Of a DNA stretch of 46,841 nt, positions 1 to 8,848 are shown one piece after another; position 1 is the first letter of the stretch, and the number at the start of each line of letters is the position of its first letter. Where the stretch lies: IMG/VR virus record IMGVR_UViG_2648501797_000005, positions 1 to 46,841 of that record. One strand, 5' to 3'. Under the pieces are notes generated by a model. It searched no databases. It saw only the letters and a program-made list of their open reading frames with translations, and was not told where the DNA came from. The position numbers and the translations under genes are program-made. The DNA is from a virus (Duplodnaviria; Heunggongvirae; Uroviricota; Caudoviricetes).

Positions 1-90
1 TCACTCTGCCAGATGGCGCAATGCCATCTGGTATCACTTAAAGGTATTAAAAACAACTTTTTGTCTTTTTACCTTCCCGTTTCGCTCAAG
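1..90. other. host chromosomal flank (bio/ybhB side of lambda attB); perfect inverted repeat CCAGATGGC-gcaat-GCCATCTGG at 9..31
   Basis: Sequence to the left of the att core (CGCTCAAG read on the + strand, i.e. the B' arm, continuing CGAAACGGGAAGG on the other strand) matches my recollection of the E. coli side of attB-lambda; no phage-like coding. Confidence 0.55.
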
Positions 91-105
91 TTAGTATAAA
101 AAAGC
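91..105. other. att core (common O region) of the P-O-B' junction (attR in lambda convention)
   Basis: TTAGTATAAAAAAGC = reverse complement of lambda core GCTTTTTTATACTAA; flanked by B'-type sequence on the left and P-arm-type sequence on the right. Confidence 0.8.
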
Positions 106-250
106 TGAACGCGAAACAGCAAAAGCCAATAATATCAATGTGTTAAAATACATTTAGTCTAAAAAATAGACTGCATGATACTACAAAACACAACATATCC
201 AGTCACTATGAATCAACCACTTAGATGGTATTAGTGACCTGTAACAGAGC
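106..250. other. attP P arm (Int arm-type / IHF / Xis binding region), diverged from lambda near the core
   Basis: 186..248 is the reverse complement of lambda P-arm sequence CTGTTACAGGTCACTAATACCATCTAAGTAGTTGATTCATAGTGACTGGATATGTTGTGTTTT (from memory); 106..185 is AT-rich and only partly lambda-like. Confidence 0.6.
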
Positions 251-292
251 ATTAGCGCAAGGTGATTTTTTGTCTTCTTGCGCTAATTTTTT
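251..292 (+). terminator. sib/tI-like hairpin plus T-run just beyond the P arm
   Basis: ATTAGCGCAAG...CTTGCGCTAAT stem followed by TTTTTT on the + strand; position equals lambda sib relative to att. Confidence 0.45.
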
Positions 293-405
293 GTCAATGC
301 ACTGGGTTAGTTGAATTTACAACCATGCTCAGTATCTCGATAAGCGCAGGTAGATGATGCAGTGGTGGGCTGATTACATCGATGGTCGTGCAGGAGTGTA
401 AGCCA

Positions 406-1437
406 TTACGCGAATTCTTCCACGATCGCCATGCCAGTAGCACCATCACCACCGGTAAATGCCGTACCGGTAAACCCAAGGTCATACGCGCCACCACCAC
501 CGGATCCGGGAGCTGCGCCAGCAATACCGGCCTGAGAACCCGCCCGACCACCGCCGCCAAAATACGACGCCCCGCCGTTGCCCGTCAGAAGGCTTGAGCC
601 TGTCTGTCCATCTGAGCCGGTACCACCGTTGATCCTGATATCTCCGGTCGCCGCCGTACCTCCGGCGCCGCCGGCGGTATTGGACACGCCTGACTTCACG
701 CCGCCTTTCCCGCCAGGAGCTGAGAACAGGCTGGCAAACGAGGTAGCACCACCATCCGCACCACTTACTGCGCCAACTCCGCCCTTACCACCCTTTCCGA
801 CAGTAATCGCGTAAGAACTGGCAGCAGACAGGTCAACCCATACGATAATGGTCGCGCCCGCGCCGCCGCCAGCACCGGAGAAGGTTTCTGTATTGTTGGA
901 GGCCTGGCAGCCGCCACCGCCGCCACCGGCACCGGTCAACGTTACTTTTGCATAACGGGCCAGAGGAGATCGCGTATAGGTTCCGTTTGCATAGAAAGCT
1001 TTTGGAGCGCCAAGTGAACGCCCGACAAAACCAGAGGAATCAGATATTCCGAGGTTATAACGGGCTTCATTTATCGCATCCTCACCGGCATCTTTAATTT
1101 CTGACAGGTTATTGCTGATCTGCAGGAACGACAACAATGATCCGGCGGTCATTAAATTCGCGACAATGTCATTCGTTGACCATACGCGTGCCGTAGTTCC
1201 TTCCTGACCACGAATTACTGTCATCACGTCACCGGATACAGACGTGACGTGCATAATTTCAGAAATTGTTTTCGTGGCCGCGTCGGTTATCGTTAATTTG
1301 AAATAACTCTGCCCAGATACAGGGGACGGGAATAAAGACCCCGCTCCAGTACCCACGGTAATAACGGTAGCGGACGCGCTAATACCAGCAGCGAGAACAC
1401 TCTTTGCGTTATTATTGGCTAATAGCTTCAGCGCCAT
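406..1437 (-). CDS. tail fibre protein, glycine-rich C-terminal region, N-terminal domain shared with the 2918..5380 fibre
   Basis: 343-aa ORF; N-terminus MALKLLANNNAKS...SYFKLTITDAAT parallels MALTLLATNNAES...SYFKLTLTDAAT of the larger fibre; long Gly-rich stretches. Confidence 0.6.
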   Translation of the reverse strand: MALKLLANNNAKSVLAAGISASATVITVGTGAGSLFPSPVSGQSYFKLTITDAATKTISEIMHVTSVSGDVMTVIRGQEGTTARVWSTNDIVANLMTAGSLLSFLQISNNLSEIKDAGEDAINEARYNLGISDSSGFVGRSLGAPKAFYANGTYTRSPLARYAKVTLTGAGGGGGGCQASNNTETFSGAGGGAGATIIVWVDLSAASSYAITVGKGGKGGVGAVSGADGGATSFASLFSAPGGKGGVKSGVSNTAGGAGGTAATGDIRINGGTGSDGQTGSSLLTGNGGASYFGGGGRAGSQAGIAGAAPGSGGGGAYDLGFTGTAFTGGDGATGMAIVEEFA

Positions 1438-1448
1438 ATATACCCCAG

Positions 1449-1766
1449 TTAAATAATAGAATTATCGGAACGAACATCGCAGATAGTAAACGTCACGACG
1501 CCGATGACAGTAACATCGTCCAGGGCTTCGCCCTCGATCGCTTCACCATCTTCAGTAATCAGTGACTTTCCTCTCAGCGTGGCAAGCTCCGTCCCGCCGC
1601 CGTGCTGTATAAGTAGTTGGCTACCCTGCTTTGGCTTCAGGGAGATATCCAGTACAACGTAACCACCAGATCGCTCGAAAACTAGCGTGTTTGGGCCGAC
1701 ATTGCAGATCGAGTTAACAGACAACCTTTGCTCAACGTAGTCCGTCGCTGGTGAAGGGAATCCCAT
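1449..1766 (-). CDS. hypothetical protein (105 aa), second gene downstream of the LexA box
   Basis: ATG at 1766 overlaps the TAA of the upstream gene; GGAGGG Shine-Dalgarno; no family recognised. Confidence 0.45.
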   Translation of the reverse strand: MGFPSPATDYVEQRLSVNSICNVGPNTLVFERSGGYVVLDISLKPKQGSQLLIQHGGGTELATLRGKSLITEDGEAIEGEALDDVTVIGVVTFTICDVRSDNSII

Positions 1767-2005
1767 TAGATCACCCTCCCCATGTTGGCCATCATCCACA
1801 AACGGTTTTCGCTATGGTCGGTGGTTTTGTCGACAAAGTACGTCTGCTCTCTAGATATCCACGCATTAGCCTCTGCGTCGGTAAAGTGCAGCCCAAGCCG
1901 GCGCAGCGCTGACACAAAATCCTTTGTGTGCAGGTACTGGTAGCCTTTGGAGTTGCGCAATACCGACTCGCGGAAAGCCGCGGCGATGTCTGACTGTCGA
2001 AGCAT
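1766..2005 (-). CDS. hypothetical protein (79 aa), first gene downstream of the LexA box
   Basis: ORF with GGAGGG Shine-Dalgarno 7 nt upstream of ATG 2005; no family recognised. Confidence 0.5.
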   Translation of the reverse strand: MLRQSDIAAAFRESVLRNSKGYQYLHTKDFVSALRRLGLHFTDAEANAWISREQTYFVDKTTDHSENRLWMMANMGRVI

Positions 2006-2023
2006 GATCTGCCCTCCGATAAA

Positions 2024-2043
2024 TACTGTTTTTATATACAGTA
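2024..2043. promoter_or_regulatory. LexA (SOS) box overlapping a putative promoter for the 2005->406 gene set
   Basis: TACTGTTTTTATATACAGTA fits the CTGT-N8-ACAG consensus with perfect palindromic arms; sits in the 107-bp gap upstream of the minus-strand 79-aa gene. Confidence 0.6.
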
Positions 2044-2112
2044 GTTTTAAGTGAGCGGCAGATCAATGCTGGTTGTGGCTATCAATCCCTGCGTCAGTAG
2101 CAAACTATTGTT

Positions 2113-2916
2113 TTAGCTATAGCGCCCATTAACCAGGTTGATGTCATCTGAAAGAATCTCTAAGGCATTTTTACTTGTTAGCGTCAGGTCATCTAGTCGA
2201 CAGCGATACACTCCACCATTCACCGAGAGTGATGTCGTTGTTATTTCAGCATCCCCCAGCCGCGCCAGAGTAATTGCTGCCGGATAAGCAACAATCGCTG
2301 AGAATGAGCTCTCATACTTCAGTACGCTATCAAGGTAGAGGCGCGATTTCTGCATTGTCCCATCAGAAGAAACTACGCGCTCAACAGCAACCTGGTGGAC
2401 ATTCCCATCAAAAAGCCCTGACAGGAATGAGTACGCATTAATCACCTCTCCGTGGTTAATCACCTGCAATGCGCTCGCGGCAGTTGTTGAAGAGAATGTC
2501 GGGCGCAGCCAAAACAGCGTGTTCGCTGCGTTACTGGGTGTGCCATTTGTCAGAGCCACCAGGAATGAGTTGGAAGTAGCAGCAGCAGCACCTGTTACTT
2601 TCAGCCAGAACGTATACAGATAATTTGTCATCCCTGATGTGGCAATCATTGATGCCGGGAGATTAATTCCCTGCGCATGAACTGAGTTCAGTTCGTACCC
2701 ATTACCAGCTGCTGTCAGATCAGAGTTAGCTGTCGCGTTGTCGTCGACATAGCACATGTTTTTGATTTGCGCACCAGCAACGAGGTCTGCCCCAGCGCCA
2801 GACCATGTGTTATGGAATGAAATTAACCCCTTCGTCCCACTATTAATCGAGCCATCACGATAAAGAATATCGCCAGTTGCGACAATTACACCATTTCGTT
2901 TCTCAAACGGACCCAT
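2113..2916 (-). CDS. hypothetical tail-fibre-associated protein (267 aa)
   Basis: Starts immediately after the stop of the 820-aa fibre; Ser/Thr/Asn/Gly-rich. Confidence 0.45.
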   Translation of the reverse strand: MGPFEKRNGVIVATGDILYRDGSINSGTKGLISFHNTWSGAGADLVAGAQIKNMCYVDDNATANSDLTAAGNGYELNSVHAQGINLPASMIATSGMTNYLYTFWLKVTGAAAATSNSFLVALTNGTPSNAANTLFWLRPTFSSTTAASALQVINHGEVINAYSFLSGLFDGNVHQVAVERVVSSDGTMQKSRLYLDSVLKYESSFSAIVAYPAAITLARLGDAEITTTSLSVNGGVYRCRLDDLTLTSKNALEILSDDINLVNGRYS

Positions 2917-2917
2917 T

Positions 2918-5380
2918 TTACACCCACCCTAATAATTGAAATTTCTGGTAAATAAATTCAGCGTTTACGTCCGCGCCAGCCTGCAATGCATATTCAGGGG
3001 CGTTAGATGTTTCTTTCGATTGGCTAGGATGCAGTCCGTCATACTTCAATGAAGTTGGAGGGATATCATTTCCAAAGTCAGAAACGTCCTGAGAATATGC
3101 TGGATTATAGTTGTTTACGAAGTTTTCCCTCATATCAACACTATCAATTTCGCACCATAACTCAGGGTATTTCTTTTTAATCATGCTGTTTGATAACATG
3201 ACGTTTGCATAACCTGCTGATCCACGGGGCTCAACACTGCTGTTAAAATCAGGCAGGATAATAACCTTCTGCCCAAGAGATTTAAGGTATTCAACTACAC
3301 CAATAGTGTCGCTGAGAACCTGCATTGACTGGCTAATATTATTCCTTCCCATCCAGAAAATATTTATACATTCAGGGTGAAGAGGGAAAGATGTTCCTGC
3401 CGGAATTCCTCCGGTAATAGCACCAGTGGTCACCGGATCGCAAATGAATGGCACGGCAACAGGCACGTTAACCGCATCACCAGATGCATCACGGGTGAAT
3501 GTGGCATTGGTTCCATCCCATGAAAAATTGCCTGGAATGCCAGCCAGAGAACCGTGGAACGGCGTCGATGCTGCGGCGTTGGCAAAATAACTCAGTGGCC
3601 CCGGGTTTGCCGGAGAAAGAGTTACCGAACCGCTGGCAGGAATGCTGCCGCCAACTGGAACGTAATACGCTCTGCGCCCACCCTGAGCAGCAGCTGTGCC
3701 AACGCTTGTGCGTGAGCTTTTGCCAAAGTTATAGGCCGTGTAGCCGGTTAGCTCCTGCAGGCGTGTCAGCATACGGGGGTTATCAACCATTGAATGGCCC
3801 CACCCGCAAATGATCGGCCTGGCCATTACAGAGTGCTCAGTCAGATCATTGATATAGCAATAATACTGCCCACCCGGTGCGCGATTAGTCTCCCTGTCCG
3901 ATTGCCAGATAACCTTATCATCATCAACGCGTGGCAAGGTTTCATTACTGGATGTATTGGTTACACGAACCTGCTGACCTGTATCCCGATCAAACAGGAA
4001 AACCTGCTCATAGCCTCCTTTCTCTTCGCTAAATGCAATGTAATCAGGCTGACCTGAATTTGTCAGGTCCGATGATTTCAGCGACTCGATAACAACCAGG
4101 TTTTCAGATGTGGATGCCGAAATGTATCCACTATCTGCATACTCATCAGGTGAGAGAAACGTTACTGACTCTGGAAGAGGTGATAATGCGTCAGTAACAC
4201 CCTTTATCTCTGTAAAATCGCTTCCTTCAATTACAGCGTCATCAACGACAATTTTGCTAAAATAAATGGTGGTGCCTTTAATGCCAACAATAATTCTATT
4301 GTTTTCAGAAAAAGTTGCTGAGTCATACCCTGAATCCGAAAATTCAGATATATCGACAAAAGTCGAAGCCTGTAAAAAAGGAACGATTCCAAGAAGGCTT
4401 TGCCCAGAAATCAAAATATCATTTCCTGAAAGGATTTCAGCAGAAAATTCATCTGCGCTGATTTCCCCTGTTTTGATTTTTTGGAAGAACCACTCAACAC
4501 CTTTCCTGGATAGTAATATTTTTTTATTTTCATCTAGTATAGCCTCTTCCACCCCAGAATCTTTATATTCATCAGAAGAAAAGAATTCTGATGCCTGTGT
4601 TATATTTAACAAAGGGGAGTAAGGAGCAATTGATTCATCTACATACTTCTTAGATGGAATTTTCAGACCAGTGGGTTCAAGAGTGCCACTATTGTTAATT
4701 ACTTCAATAGCCAGTGCGCTGTCATCCGGGCTACGGTAAAATGCAGTAGCACCAGACAGAATATTGCCAGCATCGGCGTCGGCCTGTGCCGCCTCCAGCG
4801 TCGAAAATTCGCGGATGGTATTAGTTATAGACCCCTGTCCAGGGTACTCAGCAACCTCTTGTGCTACGCCTGAGTTATTTTTGTAATAACGGAAAGCAAG
4901 GACATTTCCTGTCCCCTGGGGAACGCGGAAGTATTGCCCGCTCGTCGTCGCTGCAAGGCCAGCCGCCGTATCAGCAAAGGTTGATTTATTGTCACCAAAC
5001 TCCGACGCGCTAAGTGCATATCCCTGTGCCTCTTCCGCTGAATCAGATGCCTGTTTTGCAAAATCAGCAATCACATTCAGCGTGTCAGCGGTCATCATGT
5101 TGGCAACCATGTCGTTGGCCGCCCACGCACGCGCCAGCGTTCCTTCTTGCGCACGTTCAATCGTGAAGATGTCCCCAGCCTTGGCTGTCACGTTCACGAT
5201 CTCAACCTGTGAGCCGGTGGCGGCATCGGTGAGAGTGAGCTTAAAATAGCTCTCGCCTGCCACAGCATCAGGGAACTCGGCACCAGTTCCTGCGCTAACG
5301 ATCAGCGACGTGTCGGTTGCGCTGATAGCAGAAGCCAGCGTGCTTTCTGCGTTGTTTGTAGCCAAAAGGGTTAGTGCCAT
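2918..5380 (-). CDS. tail fibre / tailspike protein (820 aa), possible esterase-like C-terminal domain
   Basis: GGAGGA Shine-Dalgarno before ATG 5380 (the 827-aa track ORF starts 7 codons earlier); shared N-terminal anchor with the other fibre; C-terminal DGLHPS resembles the SGNH block V motif (inference only). Confidence 0.65.
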   Translation of the reverse strand: MALTLLATNNAESTLASAISATDTSLIVSAGTGAEFPDAVAGESYFKLTLTDAATGSQVEIVNVTAKAGDIFTIERAQEGTLARAWAANDMVANMMTADTLNVIADFAKQASDSAEEAQGYALSASEFGDNKSTFADTAAGLAATTSGQYFRVPQGTGNVLAFRYYKNNSGVAQEVAEYPGQGSITNTIREFSTLEAAQADADAGNILSGATAFYRSPDDSALAIEVINNSGTLEPTGLKIPSKKYVDESIAPYSPLLNITQASEFFSSDEYKDSGVEEAILDENKKILLSRKGVEWFFQKIKTGEISADEFSAEILSGNDILISGQSLLGIVPFLQASTFVDISEFSDSGYDSATFSENNRIIVGIKGTTIYFSKIVVDDAVIEGSDFTEIKGVTDALSPLPESVTFLSPDEYADSGYISASTSENLVVIESLKSSDLTNSGQPDYIAFSEEKGGYEQVFLFDRDTGQQVRVTNTSSNETLPRVDDDKVIWQSDRETNRAPGGQYYCYINDLTEHSVMARPIICGWGHSMVDNPRMLTRLQELTGYTAYNFGKSSRTSVGTAAAQGGRRAYYVPVGGSIPASGSVTLSPANPGPLSYFANAAASTPFHGSLAGIPGNFSWDGTNATFTRDASGDAVNVPVAVPFICDPVTTGAITGGIPAGTSFPLHPECINIFWMGRNNISQSMQVLSDTIGVVEYLKSLGQKVIILPDFNSSVEPRGSAGYANVMLSNSMIKKKYPELWCEIDSVDMRENFVNNYNPAYSQDVSDFGNDIPPTSLKYDGLHPSQSKETSNAPEYALQAGADVNAEFIYQKFQLLGWV

Positions 5381-5403
5381 GTATCCTCCGGGATTAGGCA
5401 ATA

Positions 5404-5427
5404 AAAAAACCGCAAGCGCGGCCTTTT
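5404..5427 (-). terminator. short hairpin with 7-T run between baseplate genes and the fibre gene (weak, could act on either strand)
   Basis: CCGC-aagc-GCGG stem flanked by A7 and CCTTTT on the + strand. Confidence 0.25.
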
Positions 5428-5441
5428 AAATGGTGAATATT

Positions 5442-5708
5442 ATGAATAATGCTTCTATTGCTATTTTAAAAATACTTTTAGGAACGCTATCTACTTTATT
5501 AATACTCCTTTCTTGCGCCTTGCTTACTATTTTATTTGGATTTCTTTTTCAGCAAGGAATGCCGCCAATAGATATGATAAAAATGTCATCCATTTTGTTT
5601 TTATCAATAGTTGTGCTGCATATAATTTGTCAGTGCGTTAAATCTCATTTGTATATAACAATAGATAATCGAGATAAAAACCTAGTCAAATATCTCAACC
5701 GTGACTGA
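5442..5708 (+). CDS. small two-TM membrane protein encoded on the opposite strand in an AT-rich island
   Basis: ORF in strongly AT-rich DNA; GGTGA before ATG 5442 (ORF opens at 5430); two hydrophobic segments; 27-nt convergent overlap with the 5682..6386 gene. Confidence 0.4.
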   Translation: MNNASIAILKILLGTLSTLLILLSCALLTILFGFLFQQGMPPIDMIKMSSILFLSIVVLHIICQCVKSHLYITIDNRDKNLVKYLNRD

Positions 5709-6386
5709 CTGGTAAAACGGCATGTGCAGCAGGCCGCTATCCATGGCCTGCTTGAAGAAAATGGCGAACTCGAAATCCTCGGTGATCACAAAAGCCGTAT
5801 CCTTCTGGTTGTACTTCCTGGAGTTATAGGCCGATGCGTTATAGATAGCGCTCCGTGTGAACTGCCTCCGCCCCTTATAGATGGAAATCACGATACCGCC
5901 ATCCACAAACTGGATCGATATACTCCACCGCTGGTCGTTGAGGATGTCTGTGCCATTCACTCCCAACAGGAACCGCAGAATCCGCCGCTTTATCCATGGG
6001 ATAGAGAAATAGAAGCCGTCACCTTTGTAAAAATTCCAGGTCATGATCCGCTTAAAAAGGTCATCGGAGACAACAACCTGGTTAGACTGGTCAATCACCC
6101 GGTACTCATTGAATGCCAGTTGGTTAAATTCGAAAGTGTTATATGGGCCTATCTCCTGCTGTTCGCTGCTGGAAATCACCGGCGGCAACACGCCATAAAT
6201 GCCATGGGCAATCCATCGGAGCTGATCTCCGGTGTTGTAGTCACCGATGAAAATCGGCAGGTTGGCATTAACCATCCAGTCATAAATGCCCTGCGCCATC
6301 GAGTTATACGCAGTAAAAAACGCCCGCAGATTGTCATCGTCGTTGTATTGCGTATACATATACGACCGGATGATATCGTCCAGCAT
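5682..6386 (-). CDS. tail/baseplate protein (234 aa)
   Basis: Position between baseplate-like genes and fibre; size and order only. Confidence 0.45.
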   Translation of the reverse strand: MLDDIIRSYMYTQYNDDDNLRAFFTAYNSMAQGIYDWMVNANLPIFIGDYNTGDQLRWIAHGIYGVLPPVISSSEQQEIGPYNTFEFNQLAFNEYRVIDQSNQVVVSDDLFKRIMTWNFYKGDGFYFSIPWIKRRILRFLLGVNGTDILNDQRWSISIQFVDGGIVISIYKGRRQFTRSAIYNASAYNSRKYNQKDTAFVITEDFEFAIFFKQAMDSGLLHMPFYQSVTVEIFD

Positions 6387-6387
6387 G

Positions 6388-7806
6388 CTACGCCCCTGTT
6401 ACGATCACGCCATCCGACGCGATATAAAAATAACTGAACTTATCGCCGCTGATGATATTCGTCCCGGCATCCGGTGGCGTTATCACACCATTGACGGTGA
6501 CCACGACGTTTAGAGTGCTGATCAGCCCCATGTCGATTGTCGAGTTAATCGCCTGCAAGAATGCGTCTTTCAGGTTGTTAACGTTCAGCGGTTTCCCGGC
6601 GAATATGCCATTCACATACTGAATCGTAGGCGCCGAGACCAGAGAGGCGACCGTGGCATCAGTCAGGTAGTTAACACTTTCGGTCCCCCACTGATACGTC
6701 ACTGTGACCCGCTGCAGCAATGGTGTCACGAACGGGATCACGTAGTTATCAGGCCAGTCATTCACCGTCACGGTATTGTTTCTGACGTTCGGCGTCACCT
6801 CGCCGCCGCCTCCCCAGGTCCCGGATGAAGTGGTGTCAATTCCGATGGAAAAAGTGTGAGGAGACAGTACCGTCACGGTCAGAGGAACGTCATTAATGCC
6901 TGTCATCCCGGTAACGCCAGTGATCCGGATAACCTGGCCATCAGTGTAACCATGAGTCAGGTCTGTGCTGACGACGCCAGGATTTGCATTCGTGATCCCA
7001 GTTACATTCAGTGAACACCCTTTCAGCCGGCTGATATCCCCCGCAGACTTATAGAGCGCGCCAGCAATATCGTAAATATCACCGCCGGCGCACATGACTA
7101 TCCACTTATCCCCGTCCTGAATGACAGAAACCAGGCGCGCCTGCACGTTATCAAGGCTGGTGAGATATTGCCGGATAAATCCAGGATATCCCTGAACGGT
7201 AGCCATCTGCGCCTGCCATACGCGATCACGAAACTGATAGTTCGTTTCCGGATCAGCACCCGGAGTGCCGGCGATCGGGTTGGTGCAGGTGATGGTGACG
7301 TCAGACGGTAGACTGGATATGATCTGGTTAACCGTATTTACTGGCACCGCCCAGGTCCCGGTCTCCGTTCCCTCGCATGATACGCTGGCAGACACTCCAG
7401 ACGACGAGATAATCGTCGCATCACTGACTGAATAGGTATAGGTCCCATCAGAAACAATAAACCCCTGTGGGATAACAAATCCCGCCGGGCCGGAAAACTG
7501 AACCGGTACTGTTGTTGTGCCAGCCGTTTTCTGCCCAGGGATACCAGCCTGCTGTGCAAGAAGCTCCAGCATGGCCAGGTTAGCCTTTAGCGGCCCCACC
7601 GAGTTAATCAGGTCAACCCTCGCCTGATCGCAGACGATAAGTGCGCCGACATCAGTGCTGGCCACGTCTTCAATCAGAGAGCCAGGCAAATCAGTTGTGA
7701 GTCCCGGAGATAGCGCAATGGCCTGGGAAACGAGCTGTGCTCGTAGCTCTTCCGCCGTCAGAGGAACCGGGCCCGCTGACGTATAGCTGACTGGTAAATC
7801 GCTCAT
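6388..7806 (-). CDS. baseplate protein (472 aa), possibly baseplate-J-like
   Basis: Translationally coupled (4-nt overlap) within the tail gene run; size and order only. Confidence 0.4.
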   Translation of the reverse strand: MSDLPVSYTSAGPVPLTAEELRAQLVSQAIALSPGLTTDLPGSLIEDVASTDVGALIVCDQARVDLINSVGPLKANLAMLELLAQQAGIPGQKTAGTTTVPVQFSGPAGFVIPQGFIVSDGTYTYSVSDATIISSSGVSASVSCEGTETGTWAVPVNTVNQIISSLPSDVTITCTNPIAGTPGADPETNYQFRDRVWQAQMATVQGYPGFIRQYLTSLDNVQARLVSVIQDGDKWIVMCAGGDIYDIAGALYKSAGDISRLKGCSLNVTGITNANPGVVSTDLTHGYTDGQVIRITGVTGMTGINDVPLTVTVLSPHTFSIGIDTTSSGTWGGGGEVTPNVRNNTVTVNDWPDNYVIPFVTPLLQRVTVTYQWGTESVNYLTDATVASLVSAPTIQYVNGIFAGKPLNVNNLKDAFLQAINSTIDMGLISTLNVVVTVNGVITPPDAGTNIISGDKFSYFYIASDGVIVTGA

Positions 7807-8135
7807 ACGGCCACCTGTGTAATTATTTTTGAACCTGCGTTTGTGATTGCCGAGATGTTATAAACAGGCGGGTCGTCGCTGATCAGTGCAATCTGCAGCG
7901 AGGGAAAATACTGGCTGAACTGTTTTTGAATACGGTTTACGTAATACGTAGGCAGGATTTGCTGGATCACCGACCCGGCGGCCGGTATTCCGTTGTTCGC
8001 ATAAAAGGGCGACTCCTGCGGTGCCAGTTTCAGATTCTGGATCAGGGTGGTCAAATACACCGAGTCATTAAACCCATATTCGTCGGTTTCCACCAGGACC
8101 CACTTCCCCTCAGAGTTTCGGCCATAGGTTCTCAC
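7803..8135 (-). CDS. small baseplate protein (110 aa), possibly gpW/gp25-like wedge
   Basis: Size and position; ATGA-type overlaps at both ends. Confidence 0.35.
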   Translation of the reverse strand: MRTYGRNSEGKWVLVETDEYGFNDSVYLTTLIQNLKLAPQESPFYANNGIPAAGSVIQQILPTYYVNRIQKQFSQYFPSLQIALISDDPPVYNISAITNAGSKIITQVAV

Positions 8136-8848
8136 TCGGTGATACTCCCGTTAAACGTTGAAGTCGGCCCCCCGGTATCATTTCCATCGTTGCCGTTTGA
8201 ATGCTCATGGCTGTTAAGCCAGGCCAGAAGCGACTGCCACCCGGCGTGCATGATTGCCGGGCTGGTGCTGGCCACTGAATCCTGCAGGTGACCTGCATCT
8301 CCTGAAAGGCTCCATTTGCTACCTGTCAGTGAAAAAACTGTCCCGCCAACAGTTACAGTGAAGCTGTCAGGTGTGGAAATGGCGATGCTGTCAGGCTTCA
8401 GGAGAAACGTCGTGTTGCTGCCGCTGTCGCGCAGCGTTACACCATCCGGGCCGTATACCGTCACCACCTGCCCGTCGACACCCTGCCACTCGGTATTACT
8501 GATCGGCAAGAAAACAAGGGCGCTTAAGTTTGCTGGCGGAGTCATATCCGCAATGCCGCCTCCCTGACCGCTAACCCCGCCAATGTAAGTATCTGCGGGG
8601 ATAACAATCCCCTTGTCCCCCGGCTGCATAGGGTAACGAATATATTGAGGGCCGAATAAGGGGATAGTCACTTGCGGCAAAACATATGGGATATCCCTTA
8701 GCTCAAAGGAGACGGTGATCATATTCCCTGTTTGCTTGACCACGCTCGCCGGAAGAACTTTCCCTGATTTTTGAAGCGCATTTTCAATCTTTCTTTCAGT
8801 AAACCTGTTCATGCTTGAGGCAAAATTAAGCTTGTTGTCGATGCTCAT
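8132..8848 (-). CDS. baseplate/tail protein (238 aa), possibly spike or hub component
   Basis: Order and coupling only. Confidence 0.35.
   Translation of the reverse strand: MSIDNKLNFASSMNRFTERKIENALQKSGKVLPASVVKQTGNMITVSFELRDIPYVLPQVTIPLFGPQYIRYPMQPGDKGIVIPADTYIGGVSGQGGGIADMTPPANLSALVFLPISNTEWQGVDGQVVTVYGPDGVTLRDSGSNTTFLLKPDSIAISTPDSFTVTVGGTVFSLTGSKWSLSGDAGHLQDSVASTSPAIMHAGWQSLLAWLNSHEHSNGNDGNDTGGPTSTFNGSITE

Noticed and set aside
91-105. tRNA gene as integration target
   Set aside because: Core and flanks match the lambda attB/attP system, which is intergenic; no tRNA-like cloverleaf sequence seen next to either junction
294-814. Overlapping + and - strand ORFs (88, 71, 78 aa) at the 3' end of the glycine-rich fibre gene
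   Set aside because: They lie within or antisense to the 343-aa fibre ORF in GC-rich Gly-codon repeats; alternative-frame artefacts with Pro/Arg/Ala-rich low-complexity products
5724-6437. 237-aa + strand ORF
   Set aside because: Fully antisense to the minus-strand tail gene 5682..6386, which fits the operon orientation and coupling; mirror ORF
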